DNA of 64,000 nucleotides from Oculina patagonica (Eukaryota): NCBI RefSeq assembly GCF_052425735.1, contig NC_135763.1, positions 37,510,001 to 37,574,000 of the forward strand, read 5' to 3'. Shown piece by piece: positions 50,111 to 64,000 of this stretch (position 1 is its first letter; each line of letters starts with the position of its first letter). The notes under the pieces were generated by a model. It saw only the letters and a program-made list of their open reading frames with translations, ran no database searches and was not told where the DNA came from. The position numbers and the translations under genes were made by a program.

Positions 50111-52337
50111 ATGGGACCTACAACAAGACAGATTCTCTTTTGTCTGCTGATCGGTTTCTTCATTGGTGGTCTTTACGCCAACAGATCAAGTAAGTTGTAT
50201 CGTAAGTTTTGTCATAAGGTATCCTTTTCCTGGCAAAACGAGGAAACATGCCGTTTTTTCATAATTGTTTCCCTGTTTTGCCATGGTTCCATGCCGCGTG
50301 AAAACACTGAATGTTTCTGTGGTGTAGCAGAAGCAAGTTTTTCTTCTTGGAGACAAAAACTGACGTTGCAAACAACACTTCCCGTGTGGCAAAACTGGGA
50401 AACATGCGCGCGTCACGAGTGTTTCTGGAAACCCGTTTCCCTGTTGTACCAGGTCTTTTAGCAGCAATCCGCGTGCAATGCTGGTCTCAATTTATCAGTC
50501 TAATGGGAGCGAGATTCATGGTTAGGGCAAGTAGTAGGGTTTGCCGGCTAGGCAAAGTTGGATAAGCGTTCGATTTTACTTCAATATTTTTAGGATCCTT
50601 CTCAGTTTATTTTCCGTTCCAAGACTGTAAGCGATAACTAAACGAAAAAATTTGAAGCACGAGATCTTTAAATGTAAAACACCAAATCCGCCCCTCGCAC
50701 ACGCGAAATTACAAATTTTAAACTTTCTCTGAGTCTTCTCCGAACGCGCTCGCTAATCGCACGTCGCGCAACGTATTACGCAGTGACTTTATAACTGAGA
50801 TACCTTCAAACGCTCTACCAACACAGTTCATAAAATGCAGTTTTATTTTTAGGAGTTATAAAAGATTTAACAATTTGCAAACGTTTGGCGACTTTTCGAG
50901 ACAACCGACTCTTGATAAGTTTAACCTGTTAACTGTAAAGTGCGTGAAAGTAATGATCATTTGTTCAAACCATGATTAAGCTTCCGGTGTATTTTTTTCA
51001 TTTTTTTTTTTGTTTTTTTTTTTTCCTTTTTATCAAATAAAAAAATTTGAACAAAAAAAAAAAAAATTTTTTTTGGGGGGTAGTCTCCCGCAGAAGTCTT
51101 TTATAAAATGTAGTCTATGTATTTCTACAACGAGCAGAACGAGCCTTTATTGGGCAATATGCTTGTGTAGTGATAGTAATGTGCTGTAACGTGCACGTCC
51201 CAGGCTTATTTTTGATCGACTCTTTTTCCAAAAAGCACTAAGAATCGGATACAATCTGCTTCTGTTTGTCCAAGTGATCCTTGCCTGGTTTTCAGAGTCT
51301 CTTATTTTTCGATGCCGACATTTGTACTCCAGATGTAACTATGGTCCTTCAGTATTCATGTTTTTAATGTTTATTGTTTCAGCTGAGCATGCAGCAAAGT
51401 GCGAGTCTGACAAGGACTGTTTAAAAGGGCAAGACAAGTGCATCCAAAGAGAGTGTCATTGTATTTATAAAGATGCGAAAATGTGTGAAAGTAAGTACAA
51501 ATGAAAAAGCTTAAGAAGGAGGCTCATATCGGTTTCCAGCATTTTTCATCTCTTATACCTTGATGGGTCACCACTACAAATATTTTACCGTTGTTGCAGC
51601 AATTATAATATCAAACAAATGTCCAATCATTGCATCATACGTCGCTGGTAGCCATAGCAACAGTAGCTTATGTTAAAAACATCATTAATTTTCCCATTTA
51701 GTGCTTATAACCCAAAAACGCGCGTTGATTGGTTTTAGAGCCACCGTAAATTTTCGAAAAATTAAGGTGGTGTGCTGAAAACGTATCTCCTTGATCAACA
51801 AAAAACTTGTTTCCTTGACTTATCTCCTTGACAGTGTGGAAATAGTGTTGTATTATTTATGACAACTGTAAAATGATGTCGAGCGCGAAGCACGAGGTAC
51901 GAGGAGAGACAGCAAAGCGCGATCCGATCGCGCTTTGCGCTCTCCTCTCACCTCGCGCTTCGCGCTCGAACTCCCTTCTCCATTGAACGCCGGCCACGAA
52001 GGCTAGGCTTAGGGATGAACAAAACTTTGAATTCGACGATATGTTGTAGGATTTTATATCGAAATTGTTCTAATGCGCATGGCCTGAAGTTCTACCTACT
52101 GTATAATAATAATAACTTTAATAACAATAATAAAAACGATGATGATGATAATGATGATGATAATAATAATAATAACAAATAATTATCATAAAAAATATCC
52201 CAGAATCCTTTGAAGCAATTATTTTAAAGAGCTTTATAGCTTTGAAAATTTTAAGGCCGAGAAAAACGTTAGACCACCATGCCACAAGATAAAACTGCCA
52301 TGAAATATTCCCATGTGACAACTAGGGAAATGACGTC

Positions 52338-52377
<40 letters not shown>

Positions 52378-55300
52378 TAATAATAATAGTAATAATAACT
52401 TAATGCTTATTCGGCGCAAATTAACATATGGATAATTTATGATCAAATGCGTCAAGTATGATCGATTTTAATTAATTATTTTTTTTCAGCGCCTTTTAAA
52501 AGTTGCAAAGATGACGACGATTGCGATCCCCGGGCGAAATGCGAGCAAAGAAAACTTGTGAAAAAATGCATTTGTCAAAATGACACTGTCGGACTTGGGG
52601 GAACCTGCAGAGGTAATTATACCAAACTCGTTCGTAGGCCTCTCCTTGATAGATGAGGAAAAAGAGAGGGCCTGAGAACGAGGTTCAGAAGACCGACACC
52701 TGGTGATTGTCCCTGCCGTTTTTTAGTCATTTTAGTGTAACCAAACTCCCTATAAGACGGACACCTCTCTAAGGCGGACAACGGCCACTTTGAAATCATT
52801 AACGGTAACTTGAGAAGTGTTTTTTAATCATGTTTTATTGGTAGAAATACTTCCAAACTTCGTATCGACCTAAAGCTAGTCAGCGTCCTATTGGATACGT
52901 ACGTCTAAACTAAGCTTACTAACCAAAAAAAATGACGGATTACCTCTCTGCTAACGTGCATGGACACTTGTGAGGTCGTTTTCTACTTACAGTATTACAG
53001 TTTGAAGAAGTTTTCAATTTTTGCTTTAACAAGCAAATACGGTCCTTTTATTATTTTAGTCTTGTTGCAGTCAGCAAGGGTTTGTTGCATTGTGCAAAGG
53101 TTTAGCTTTATTATTTCATTGCTGGTGTCATGTTACCTCGACTCTCTATAAGGCGGACACCTCTCTAAGACGGACAGCTGCGGCCGGTCCCGAAGGTGTC
53201 CGTCTTAGAAAGAGTTGACTGTATAACAGTTTTAAAAAACGTTAGATGACCCACCCCTACGTGTAGATCGAAACTACATAACCCACCCCTTTTCAAGAGC
53301 TCAAAAGCAGGTGGCCCTTCCCCTCTTCTTATTGACCAGTCCCTAAGCCAATTAACATTTCTTTAAAAATAATTATACAATGCTGCAGTTTCTACGTAAC
53401 AGGTGTTACGCATAAAATGTTTATGTTTTTTAATGACGTAATTCCTTCGCCAAATCATATCACAACCTAATAAGGCAGACTTTAAAAGAATCATTTTTGG
53501 ACGTTGCTTACCATGAATTAAACCTCGTCCCTCTGTTCCTTTAGATTCAATAAACTGTTCAAAGACTCACGACTGGGCTGACTGCGGTGTTGGTAGTTAT
53601 TGTGTCGCAGACCCCTTGCGGCCTGAAGTTGAAATATGTAGATGCATAAAGGGTTTTTGGCACACAAAGGATGGCAAGTGTACTCGTAGGTTTTTGTTTC
53701 ATATTTTTATGCTGAGCGTTTTTAAACAATACAAGTAAAAAGAGTAATTTCTGTAGGAGAGAAACATGCATTGCATCACTTATAATGTGCCTTTTATAAG
53801 AAGAAAAAATAGTAATTTCTGATATTTAATATTAGGTAACAGGGATCACAAAAATCTACAAAATACTTTTAGTTAACGGACGTAACACAAGGGAAACTTT
53901 TATGGGAACTTGGGAACATGGAACCCCCACCACCCCTTGGGAGTGTAGTAGAATTATGGGACCCAAAACAATGTCACGTGACAATACACGGGAACTCAGT
54001 CGAACTCGTAGCCCAGAGAGCAAACTGAAGGGATATCAAATGATCTTTGCGAACAGACTGTTTTTCTTTGCGAACACGAGCATTGACAAAAGTTTTCCTT
54101 GCGAGCAACGAGCAATTTTCAAAAAGCTCCCTCCACTAAAAACCGAACAAGCAAGCACTTGACCACGAGCAAACGAGTACCCACTAAAATGTTGCGAGCA
54201 TTCCGAGAAGAAGCATAATTTTGCGAGCACTGAAATATATTGATGGACCATTCATGACCCCTAACCGAGTCATTTTTTTAGTGATTTCAAGCCGCGCATT
54301 TGTGTGAGCATTTTCTCGTTTACTGTTTAAGTTTTAAAGTTGCGTTACTTCATTTTAACCATCCGTAGCCAAACCACGTTTTGACAATGTTCTTTACTAG
54401 TACAGTACGTTTTGCCTACATACATACATACTTTATTTGAAATAGGTTAAAACTACAGGCAGCCAGAGGCTGATGTGGAATTAATCTAAATAGTTAAATA
54501 TTCATGTAAGGGCAGCTAAAATCATCCATAAGCTACCATGGGACATAACAGGTCAAGATGCCCTAGAAGCAACTGGATGGGAGCCAATACGGCCATGGCC
54601 ACTTTAGTAGATTTCCAATCAATACCAACACCTTCATTGAATTTCCAAGTACCACTTAAGGTCGCGCAGGACCCTTGAAATTATTATGTATGTATTTATT
54701 TAAAGAGTATGCACGAACTGCGACGACTGAAGCCGACAACAAACGAAATATTCATGAGAATGTTTTTCTTAAAGTTCTTTGTACGAGTAATTAGACGGTA
54801 TTGTTGTCAGCTTTGCGTACCGTGCGCTGAAACAAAGCGAATTATCATAATTAGATTCACAGCTGCGATCTATAGCACAAGACGGTTGTAAACATTGACT
54901 CGGAAGGTCTTCGGAAGCGGAAAATCCTGCAATTCGTGTCCAAGTTTTCTCCGCCGAAAAAGAATTTCAGGAGTTGATTCGCGAGGAACATGAACTTGGT
55001 GCACTCAAGAGCGAATTTTGAAATTTCGTTCTCAAGTTGAAGATAGCACGTTTCAAAGTTTAGTTTTCACATTTTTACTCTCTTAGAAGCAGATAACTTC
55101 TAGCAGTTTTTGAAATATTAAATTTCGTTCTTGTCATAACATAAAAGAGGTTATGATTCATCACTAGTTTATATACCGTGTAATCTTCTTATTCGGTGCG
55201 CTATTGTAGCCGAAAACTTGGACACAAAATCGCAAGATCTGCAGTTAAACTTTTAAGAGCCTGTAACATTACAGCAAACGGTCATCTCTCAGTAAAAGGA

Positions 55301-58300
55301 CAATCAGGATGTAATTCCATCATCTTTTATCCTTGATAAATTTTAGAGGAATCGATGTTCAAAATGTAGCGAATTAAAGCTTTACAAGATAGCACTCCGT
55401 CAAGAAATTTGGCTAATGAATTTATTAATGCGCAAGGGTCCTGCGCGACCTTAATCACGGTGACACTGTCCCTTAAAGGGAAACAATCCGATCAAATAAC
55501 TAGTATGCCATCTGCGCGAATAATACGCGCTAGATTTAAAAGCATATAAATGTCTACCCTTTCTCTTTATGCACTTTTTTTGGCTTATTTACCAGAATGC
55601 CATAGCGATGCGGACTGCAAGTACGGTCAGTGTTTCATACCGGGAACATGCGATTGTGGACTTGGACAGATTAAAGATGGAAGGATTTGTAATCCTGGTA
55701 AGAAAATATTTACTTGTTCTTGTGCTAATGTCATGGCCGTATTGGCGTCCGAAAATATTGGTAGCGGTCCTATTTTTCAATGCAAGCTGGTGGTCGATCC
55801 TTATAATTACTGCAGGCCAATATTCCTCAACACAGACCCAACAAGGGAGTTTTTAAAGGGTTTATTATATTTTGCTGACAAGTTAATAAATGCATCCATT
55901 ATTGTTATCTTTGCAATGCGTGCCCCAAAGTTTCATTTGCATTTTTCATATCGCTTTCGTGAAAAAACGTTTGAGAGACATTGTTCGTCAGAATAAAAAG
56001 GGAGATTTCTACCATTTTTTAATAACAAGCTGCTCTCTTATATTATGCATAGCAAAAACTAATTTGTGAGTGCTCAGAATTGAAGCCGAGCAAGTTCATC
56101 ATATACCAGTTAAAAAACAAGTGCCATAAACCACCATTAATTATTAGCCCTGAAAGACTCATAAACAGATTTTTATAAGTGCATCATTTTTGACATGTTC
56201 AGCCTAGTTTTCACAAGCCACGCAAGCACAGGCATACGGAAACCACGTTTACTAGTTACAAGGCTCGAATGCGCAGGCGCAGGTAAATCTGTAACGAGTG
56301 TTTTAATTGGGCAGGTACGGCCAGACGTCCTACATTTCCTTGTGCTTATGAGGTGTTTCGTTTTCACACGGCATAACGCGAACGCAAACACAAGCGCAAG
56401 CACAAAAAAGAAACATTTAGATCCTTACGTCTGCGCTTGTGCTTATGCATGCGTCGAGGCCGTTTTCACGGTGAAATAAGAGCAAGCTGTCATGCTTGCG
56501 TCTGTGCCTAAGCTTGTATTTGCGTCGCTACTTAAAATAAGGGTTTACTCCAAACAAAGCTTGTTACAAACTTGCTGTGTGTTTGTTTTGCCAGCTCCTC
56601 CACATCCGTGCAAAAGGAATGGAGACTGTGATACTTATAAGGACGCCGGCAGATGCCATGGAGGAAAGTGTCGCTGTGAAGGAAAGATGACTGGGAATGG
56701 AAGATGGTGCAGAGGTAATATGGAAAAACGTTAAAGGGGCTTGGTCCCGGTATTCTAAGTTATTCTTTTTATTTTAATGTTTATTTAAGAGCTCTAAGCT
56801 TTAAAATTGGCAGAGAAAAAAGAAGTCCTTTATTGGCAAAATCACGGTCATTTAACATAACAGACAAGGATAATTTTCGAGCATTCGATGACAATTTCAT
56901 ACAATTTAAGATAGACTTAAAAAATGTCAGTCCGACGTTTTTTAAGTTTACCCGAACGCAATCCGTTTTATTTTTTTTTCGAATTTTGCCCATCCATGCC
57001 CCTTTTTGGCCTTTCTGTGTTTCTCTTGAGTTTTTCTACAGTTTTAATTCGTTATTGTGATATTTCAGTTTTTGGTTTAATGGTCGGGGCGTCATTTTTC
57101 CCGTTATGTCCACTGGTCCACGGGCATTATGAGCGATGTTAGTGATCCGCTGGGGCAAAATGGAGCCATGAACTTAAAGATGACATATATTTTTTATTAT
57201 AAGTCTGACTAGCTTGGGATACTAGTAAGAAAATATCTCCCTCGTTTCAGACTGCTTTCGGGCGATAAGGCTCATTTGCGCATGGTCCGTATTTCCCTTG
57301 TCTTGTTGCAGAGGCTCTGCCATGCCCACCAGAATATGAAGAGAAGTGTAAAGCCGCCGGAAGTGGTGTCGAAAGATGTGTTGTTGATCCTTACTGGAAA
57401 GACAAACCTTTTTGCAAATGTCGCGTGGGTTTTAACACAACCGAAGCTGGTATTTGTCTAGGTATGTTGGTACACTCTCTTAACGAGAATGTTGTCGCTA
57501 AGAACATAACTAAAACCAAAATTTTAAGTTGTTAGATTCTTTATCTTTTTTTGTGTTTATGGCCGTAAAAAAACAATTAACAGGTGGAGGTTTCTCGAGA
57601 ACTAAGACTTAATTGGTCATGTTACGTGCGGGGAAATTTTCTTTGCTACTTGCAACGCAAAAAATGTTACATTGCCAGTTTTGCAAAACGCAATGCAGCT
57701 AAATGTTGCGTTGAACGCCGTAATAAACCATCACTTTAAACACTACGTTCATTTTCATTGTGGCTTACCTGTAAACTAGCTGGTGCGTTCCCGCAGATTT
57801 TGCTAACCATATCTGCGGGACGCATCGAAACCATAGCTAAGTGTAATGACGACATTAAACATTGTATTGTATTGTATTGTATTGTATTGTATTGTATTGT
57901 ATTGTAGGATGTGGATAAAAGCTTAGGTTTAATTACTGTTTTGTAAGTATTTGGAAGTCGACAGCAGAAGACAGTACAAAAATACTTTGCATGTGAAAAA
58001 GGAAGGAAGGATATCTCAGTGCAAACTTAGCAGCTAAAAATTTCAATAGTTAATGTTGTATTGAGTTTTTTGGCAGCCGCAGATAAGTTAAGTGATAAAC
58101 AATAAAGTTAATAGTGTTCAATTGTTTTCACTTGAGGGGAGGGGAATGGCGTTGAAACAAAATATTTAATAAAATCCTTACAGTTAACAGTAAGTTTTCC
58201 TTCGCTTCGGGGAGCATTGAGGATCTTTCCGTAATTGCTCTTTTGATAGTCTCTGCTAAACGCATTCTCCGCGTTCTTTGCCTGTTTCCTTGTCAATGTA

Positions 58301-58702
58301 CTCATATTAACAATCATGCATATGGTATCAATATTTATTCAAGGTACATTCTTTTCCTGTTTCCATGACAATGTACTCATATTAGCAACAATATGGTATC
58401 AATATTGAATTAATGAATTCACTTTATTTGGTTTCTTCAGAAATGACCGAATGTGAGAAGAATGGTCTTGAGTGCCCCACTGGAGAGATTTGTAAACAGG
58501 GTAATGGCACTTATGGATGCGCTTGCCCTGATGGTTATGAAAAGATACGTGCAGATGGAAATAGTGCAATAGGAAACAGAACGTGTCAAGGTAAGAAAAT
58601 GAAGATGAGTTAATAATTATTGTAATATCATAGGTGACAAATTACTCCTTAATTTTGGCGCGAAATTTTAACGTTAATTTATAATTTCACATGTTAAATT
58701 AT

Positions 58703-58733
<31 letters not shown>

Positions 58734-61700
58734 AACAACAAAAGTTTATTTGAACTGTAAAATTACAAAAAGAAATGTTTAAACAATAAATAAATTAAAA
58801 ATACATACAGTTGCTGGTCACCCAAAATAACTAAAAAGCTAAACTAGTTGGGTGACCACTAAAATTGCCATGGCAACGGAGTTAGCGGCAAGAAGGCGTC
58901 CGTAATAAAAGATGTTTTAAAGCTTAAACTTTGTACATTTTCGCTTGAATTTCATCATAGCCAGCTAGCCTTAGCCATGTAATAAAACTTTTGATGATAT
59001 TTTATATTTCAAAACGTCAAAACGACTTCTAGACTTAAGCCAATATACATAAATGGCATCGAGCGGATTTTTGAGCGTTTTACACTGGCACCGTTTTCAG
59101 TTGATTCAAGACTACGGTCATAATGTGAGAAATAATTCATAGTTGATTCATCTTTGAAACTTTTGGTCAAGAACAAAAAGGAATCTCTAAAGGGTTTTCA
59201 TCAAAGACTAAAAAACCTCGCGAACTTGAGCAAAATGTATGCTTTCAACTTTTCAAAGCTCGGAGTTTGCAAAGTTTGCAAGGCAATATACCAGTCAAAA
59301 ACCGACGATTGTAAGCGTAATTTGTCATCTATGATATTAAAATGTAATCAAATGGTATACTCGTCCTAATTTCACTTGCATTTTGCCAAAATGCTAATAA
59401 TTTCCCTCGACTAAAGGCTCGGGAAATTATAAGCGTTTTGACAAAACGCGCGTGAAATTATTTCTTAATTTCACTCGTCGCCATTTGATTACCAATACAA
59501 ATCAAACTTTGAATGATTTAGTGTCAGAGTAAATTATTTGGAGTCAGGGCGAACAAAATTAGCATTCTATTGCTGCTACACTTGTAATGTCGAGGTTTAA
59601 CTTTCAAAACATACTTGTAAAGATTTTACTAATGAACAACTTGGAGTCACTGTGACGTCAAAATTCGTTGCCATGGCAACTACAAAAGCGGTCAAACATA
59701 CCTTATTTTTCGACTGTTAAAGCTAATTACTCTAACACTAGACGGTGACGGTGACGGTATTTAAGGAGGGTGACATAGTTTACTGGTGGTCCAGTAGTTT
59801 ACAATATGGCCCTCCCTAATAAATGTATGCAAAAATAGCTCCGTAGCTTCGAATACTTTTGACAGATTTCTTTAAAAAATTGCAGAAATGTTTATTTTGT
59901 CGGTTGGATAAAAATGTGTGAAAAATAAAAATTTTCACCGAGTAGTTTTTGCGTTATTAGCCTCGAAAGGTCCAAAATAGTGTATTTCATATGACGTTGC
60001 CATGGAAACAGATTTTGACCTCACCACGACCTCAAATTGTTCATCGGTAACTGTAAATGTTATTTACTTTTGTGCTAAAAGATTTTCCTTAACGTTATTG
60101 GTATAGCTGTGTTAGAATACCAAAGACTGGCATATTTAATTCTGACTAACTACTAATAGCCACCTTAAAAAATGAAGTTAATAATTTAATAGTATCAGAG
60201 TAACTCAAAGTTGGCAACTTTTTTACCGTCTTCCAACCTCTAAGCCTAAGAAATCCAAGATAGCACATTTTTTCAGGTGTTCAAATGCTAGTGTGTCCGC
60301 CATCGTGGATTGAGACACCTGAAAGATTTTGGGGACAAGCCGCATGAATATGTTTGTGTGGGGACTGGGGTGGTCTGACGCGTTACTTGTCTAAGTAGCT
60401 TAAGCGGCCTTCACACGACAAACTAAAGTTGGCAAACTCAGGTTGGTGTGTGTGAACGACCCAACGACAGTTTGCAAACAAGTTGGCAAACTGTTGGTGA
60501 GAATAGAGACAAGTTCTATTTTGTCGCCAACAGTTGGCCAACTTGTTTGCCGTTGCTGCGTCGTTCACACACACCAACTCATTTGACGCTCATCTAATCT
60601 GAACAATAGAAGAACAAACAGAAATCTGGTAAATGTATTGGTCATCTTTGCTTGCAGATATAGATGAATGCAAACAGAAAGTTTGCTCCGCGATCGCGAA
60701 CTTTGTCTGTGTAAACATGGCTGGAAGCTACAAGTGTGAATGCAAAGAAGGATTCAAGAAGAACGCTGACGGAAGTGCCTGTGAGGGTGAGTAGAGATTC
60801 TGATGATTGATCTCAGTGAAAACTGGAAATCAAAGTACAAGCCTAAACGTTTGTAGCCGTTTAGTAAGTAGTTAAGTAAAGACTCTTTTTGACGAGGGTA
60901 GCACTAAAATAGCATAAATAATATTAACAAACCAGTGGCCCATTAAAATTATTTACAATAAAATATAAAAATACACTAGAATATTAAAACTATAGATAAA
61001 CTATGAGACAATATAACGAATAAAAATACAAGAAATACGAGAAAAAAACGGTTTCAGTCATTGTACCCGTTAATTTTTATGGTGTGATCAGTATTCACTA
61101 GGAGGGAACGTCCTCTGCAGGGATAACAAGAAAATAATGAGAAAAAACTTCTTTACATCAAAGGGTAATCACAATTACTGATTTACCAGTAGTTTTAATT
61201 GTGGCCCTTAATTAAACAAACAAATATTGTACACAAACCTGAAACTTGTTAAAAAGTCCCTACTGGTGGTCGGGTGGGAAGCAGACCAGTTGACTGTTTG
61301 CAAAGCACGAAGCAGTTGAATTCGGGACCACCGACACAAATCCATCTTTTGTTAGGTATAGAAAGATTTGAACCCAGGACCAGCGGGCCCTGGACCACTA
61401 GGCCAAATAATTAGTTTATTTGGTAATAAATTTGTTGCTTTTCCTTGTATCTTTTACCCATACTGCTGCAGGGATTTGCAATTGTGGCGAAAATCAAGTT
61501 TGTGAAGAAGGCATTTGCAAATGTTCTTCTGGATTTATCAAAAACAGTGATGGAAAGTGCGAAGGTAAGAACGTATAATAGTCTCTCTAAAAAAAAGAAA
61601 AAAAATTGACATTGTTGGAGTTTAATTAATATCTAGAAAAAAGTAATCTTGAAAAATGCAAATAAGGCTGATGACAGAGTTATGGTGGATTTCCACTGAC

Positions 61701-63992
61701 GCGTATTTTTTTACGTGCGTGAAAAAATTAGAGACAATGTATGAACGGCTTGCGTAAACGTGTACGCAAGCCGTTCATACATTGTCTCTAAATTTTTTCA
61801 CGCACGTAAAAAATTACGCGTCAGTGGAAATCCACCATTAGGCTGGTGTAAGGAGAATCTGTCAGGATTCATTGTTTGGAGGAAATATAGGAATTAATAC
61901 TACGTTTCTTCATAAATAAAAGTATCTTAAACGAGATCTCCGTTAACCTACAAATAATATATTTTACCTTAGTGCAGATAAATGATAGAAAACTCCCGTT
62001 CGGTGCGACCAAAATAGCCTGTCCTTGGCCATATACCTTCCTTAAAGCTCGCAGTTTTACCGTGAACTCAGTAGTAGAATCATGTACATGGTGTGACTGA
62101 AAATATAGAAACTACAACGCAAAGCTGATAAGAGATGTTAATATTTTACAAAAGTGTGACAGCTATTACATAGAGCAACAGACGGCCCTTACCTGCCGGA
62201 AATGGTATCCGGTATTTAACAATTATTCTACGAGTGCGCGTTGGGTATGAGATGGTGGATATTAGCCAACGAGGCGCGTTGTTGGCTATAAAAATCCCAT
62301 ATCCAACGGGCGAGAGTGGAGAAATCCGGGAAGAGGTCGGAAGAGGGATATTTTTTAATTGTACCTGTTTTCTCAGACACACACTCCGAGAACCACTCAA
62401 ATAATTGCAATAATTTAGCTCCCCGGCTGTTCTCGGGGACGCCGCTGACGCGTACACCGGCCTAACATATTTGTGAGCCACGGTACTGTGATGAACTTCA
62501 CACAGCGGTCAAACGCAGCGCGCGTGCGCAGTTCATGTGTAATTGCCGCCAAAATTTCCCATACAAAGTCTTAAATTTTCCGTAAACTTTTGCTTTAAAG
62601 CCAAAAGTTAACGCCGTCCCTGGAAAGTTAAGGTTTATAATTCATCTCCACTGAGTGTCCCAGCTTGAACTGTTCTTTCACCGTACTATTTCTTTAACAA
62701 TTTCTTGCAAAAGTTTGCCCACTTTCGAGTCAAAAGTTCGAGGCAGCGAAGACCGGATGTGACGTCAATTTTTGCGTTTGACCGCTGTCGGGATGAACTT
62801 AGATACGGTGACCTGTATAAACCAATCAATTCGCATGAATTGCATTCGGCTAAAATAGATATACCGATTTCTATTTCAGACTTGGATGAATGTTCTCAAA
62901 ATGAAAAAGTCTGCAGTGGTGCTAAGGAAGAATGTGTAAACGAACAGGGGAAATACTCCTGTGAATGTCAGTCAGGATATGAGAGGAAGAACGAAGTTTG
63001 TGTGAAGAAGGGTGAGCTTTTGATGAGATAATCCACAATTGTAAAGATTTGCACCGAGAAACTCAGGGGGGTGTAACGAGGATGGTGAATTGGGTGACTT
63101 ACCCTTTACATCAGTGCACATAGCAAGGTATAGCGCGTTGTCCCATGGCGTATTACAACAGAATGAAATTAAGTGACAACGAGATTTCTGAGGATTTAGG
63201 AACACTCAACGCAACTCAAATGCGAAGTATATTTTATGCTCACCCTTAGTTAACCAAAACATCTCAATTCCTGACACACAACATTCTGTAATAAAGTTAA
63301 TAGAACGAATCATCTGATCCATGTATTTTTGGTAAGTTATACTTGTTTGGGTACTTACTACTTACTTATTAGCTTCTTTACGTCACTTAGCGCATATATG
63401 GCAGATCTGTTTTTAGGGGTTGTTGTAGGTGATTGGTCCCACGACCAGCTTCCAACCTGGAGGGCTAAGTAGGAAGCCCCTTGTCAGGTCTCTCTTCCAT
63501 GACCAATATGGCATGGTTAAACCAATCAGGGGCAAGATCAGGGCCCCGTTGTTCAAAGCACGATTAAGCTAATCCAGGATTAGCGTGAAATTTGATTTCA
63601 GTTTTAGTAACATTTCGTTGAGGTTTTCTGTTAATATTTTCTGTCCCCGGCCCAGTTTTGACGTGGACCAATCTCAAACTTCACAAAACATTAGCTATGG
63701 AAAACCTTTTAAAACAAGAGATATTAAAACCTCGACCATCTTTTAATCCTGGGTTAGCATTAATCGCCTTTCGAACAACCCGGCCCAGGGGCCTCCTGCC
63801 TGCATTTCCTAAGCCTTATCACCACAACTAGGTAAAATGTTTAAGGTCAAGATAAATAAAAAAAGGCATACTCAAAATGTTTTTTTTTTCTTCAAGCATG
63901 TAATTGCAAGCGACACGAAGAATGCCACGAAGGAAAATGTAAATGCAAGAAAGGATACAAGAAGAGTAAAAAAGGACACTGCGTTCACCGAG
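50111..63992 (+). CDS. Secreted multi-EGF-domain protein (at least 11 EGF-like modules, including calcium-binding EGF); 3' partial
   Basis: Signal exon 50111-50189 (MGPTTRQILFCLLIGFFIGGLYA). Then phase 1-1 six-Cys exons at 51383-51490, 52490-52612, 53545-53685, 55596-55697, 56595-56714, 57312-57461, 58441-58590, 60658-60786 (DIDEC..CVN..GSY), 61472-61564, 62880-63011 (DLDEC..CVN) and 63897-63992. A donor follows at the window end. Confidence 0.85.
52339..52398. repeat. (AAT)n microsatellite
   Basis: Near-perfect AAT run. Confidence 0.85.
54660..55450. mobile_element. Non-autonomous Kolobok-like DNA transposon
   Basis: Perfect TIRs ggtcgcgcaggacccttg and caagggtcctgcgcgacc; TTAA TSD. Confidence 0.8.
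56735..57110. repeat. Dispersed DNA-transposon-derived repeat; second copy at about 34915-35122
   Basis: Shared ccgacgttttt.aagtttacccgaacgcaatccgtt..ttgcccatccatgcc..ttattgtgatatttcagtt; ttaaagggg.. terminus. Confidence 0.6.
57863..57906. repeat. (ATTGT)n microsatellite
   Basis: About 9 perfect units. Confidence 0.9.
61683..61837. mobile_element. Near-perfect hairpin MITE, PIF/Harbinger-like
   Basis: Arms of about 74 bp starting tggtggatttccactgacgcgta, with a loop of a few nucleotides; TTA on both flanks. Confidence 0.8.
62213..62789 (-). mobile_element. Inverted second copy of the composite repeat at 49128-49793
   Basis: TIR cacagcggtcaaacgc at 62501 and gcgtttgaccgctgt ending at 62788; the interior matches 49128-49453 in reverse. 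Confidence 0.7.
63542..63785. mobile_element. Harbinger-like MITE
   Basis: TIRs ggccccgttgttcaaag and ctttcgaacaacccggcc; 3-bp TSD CAG. Confidence 0.7.
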
Positions 63993-64000
63993 GTGAGAAC

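Noticed and set aside
50218-50230. Second U12 donor (GTATCCTTTT)
   Set aside because: It lies at the edge of a MITE-like repeat inside intron 1. The canonical GTAAGT donor at 50190 gives the correct phase, and I saw no U12 branch point.
49817-50461. 214-aa ORF
   Set aside because: Only 50111-50189 is a plausible coding exon; the rest is upstream DNA and intronic repeat.

Overview
AT-rich eukaryotic (animal) genomic DNA with spliceosomal introns. The repeat families and gene content point to a cnidarian, most likely a stony coral; this is an inference. I reconstructed nine genes by hand from splice signals and reading-frame phase. In order: an MFSD6-like MFS transporter (-); two paralogous 3-exon rhodopsin-class GPCRs (-) with prostanoid-receptor-like features, with an intronless coral-type GPCR (+) between them; MKRN2OS (+); a small secreted precursor (+) made of signal peptide, acidic EGF domain, RXKR site and cationic EGF domain; mitochondrial ATP10 (+, with a GC-AG intron); TMEM107 (-, with a U12 minor intron); and a secreted multi-EGF protein (+) that runs off the window end. 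Introns and intergenic DNA are dense with MITEs and non-autonomous DNA transposons (hAT-, Kolobok- and Harbinger-like, plus three CAG..CTG elements with 6-bp TSDs), tRNA-derived SINEs and a LINE ORF1 relic. The best candidates for new biology are the two-EGF toxin/antimicrobial-like precursor and the GPCR pair, which has the prostanoid-receptor intron position and an Arg at 3.36. All family assignments come from recalled motifs, not database searches.
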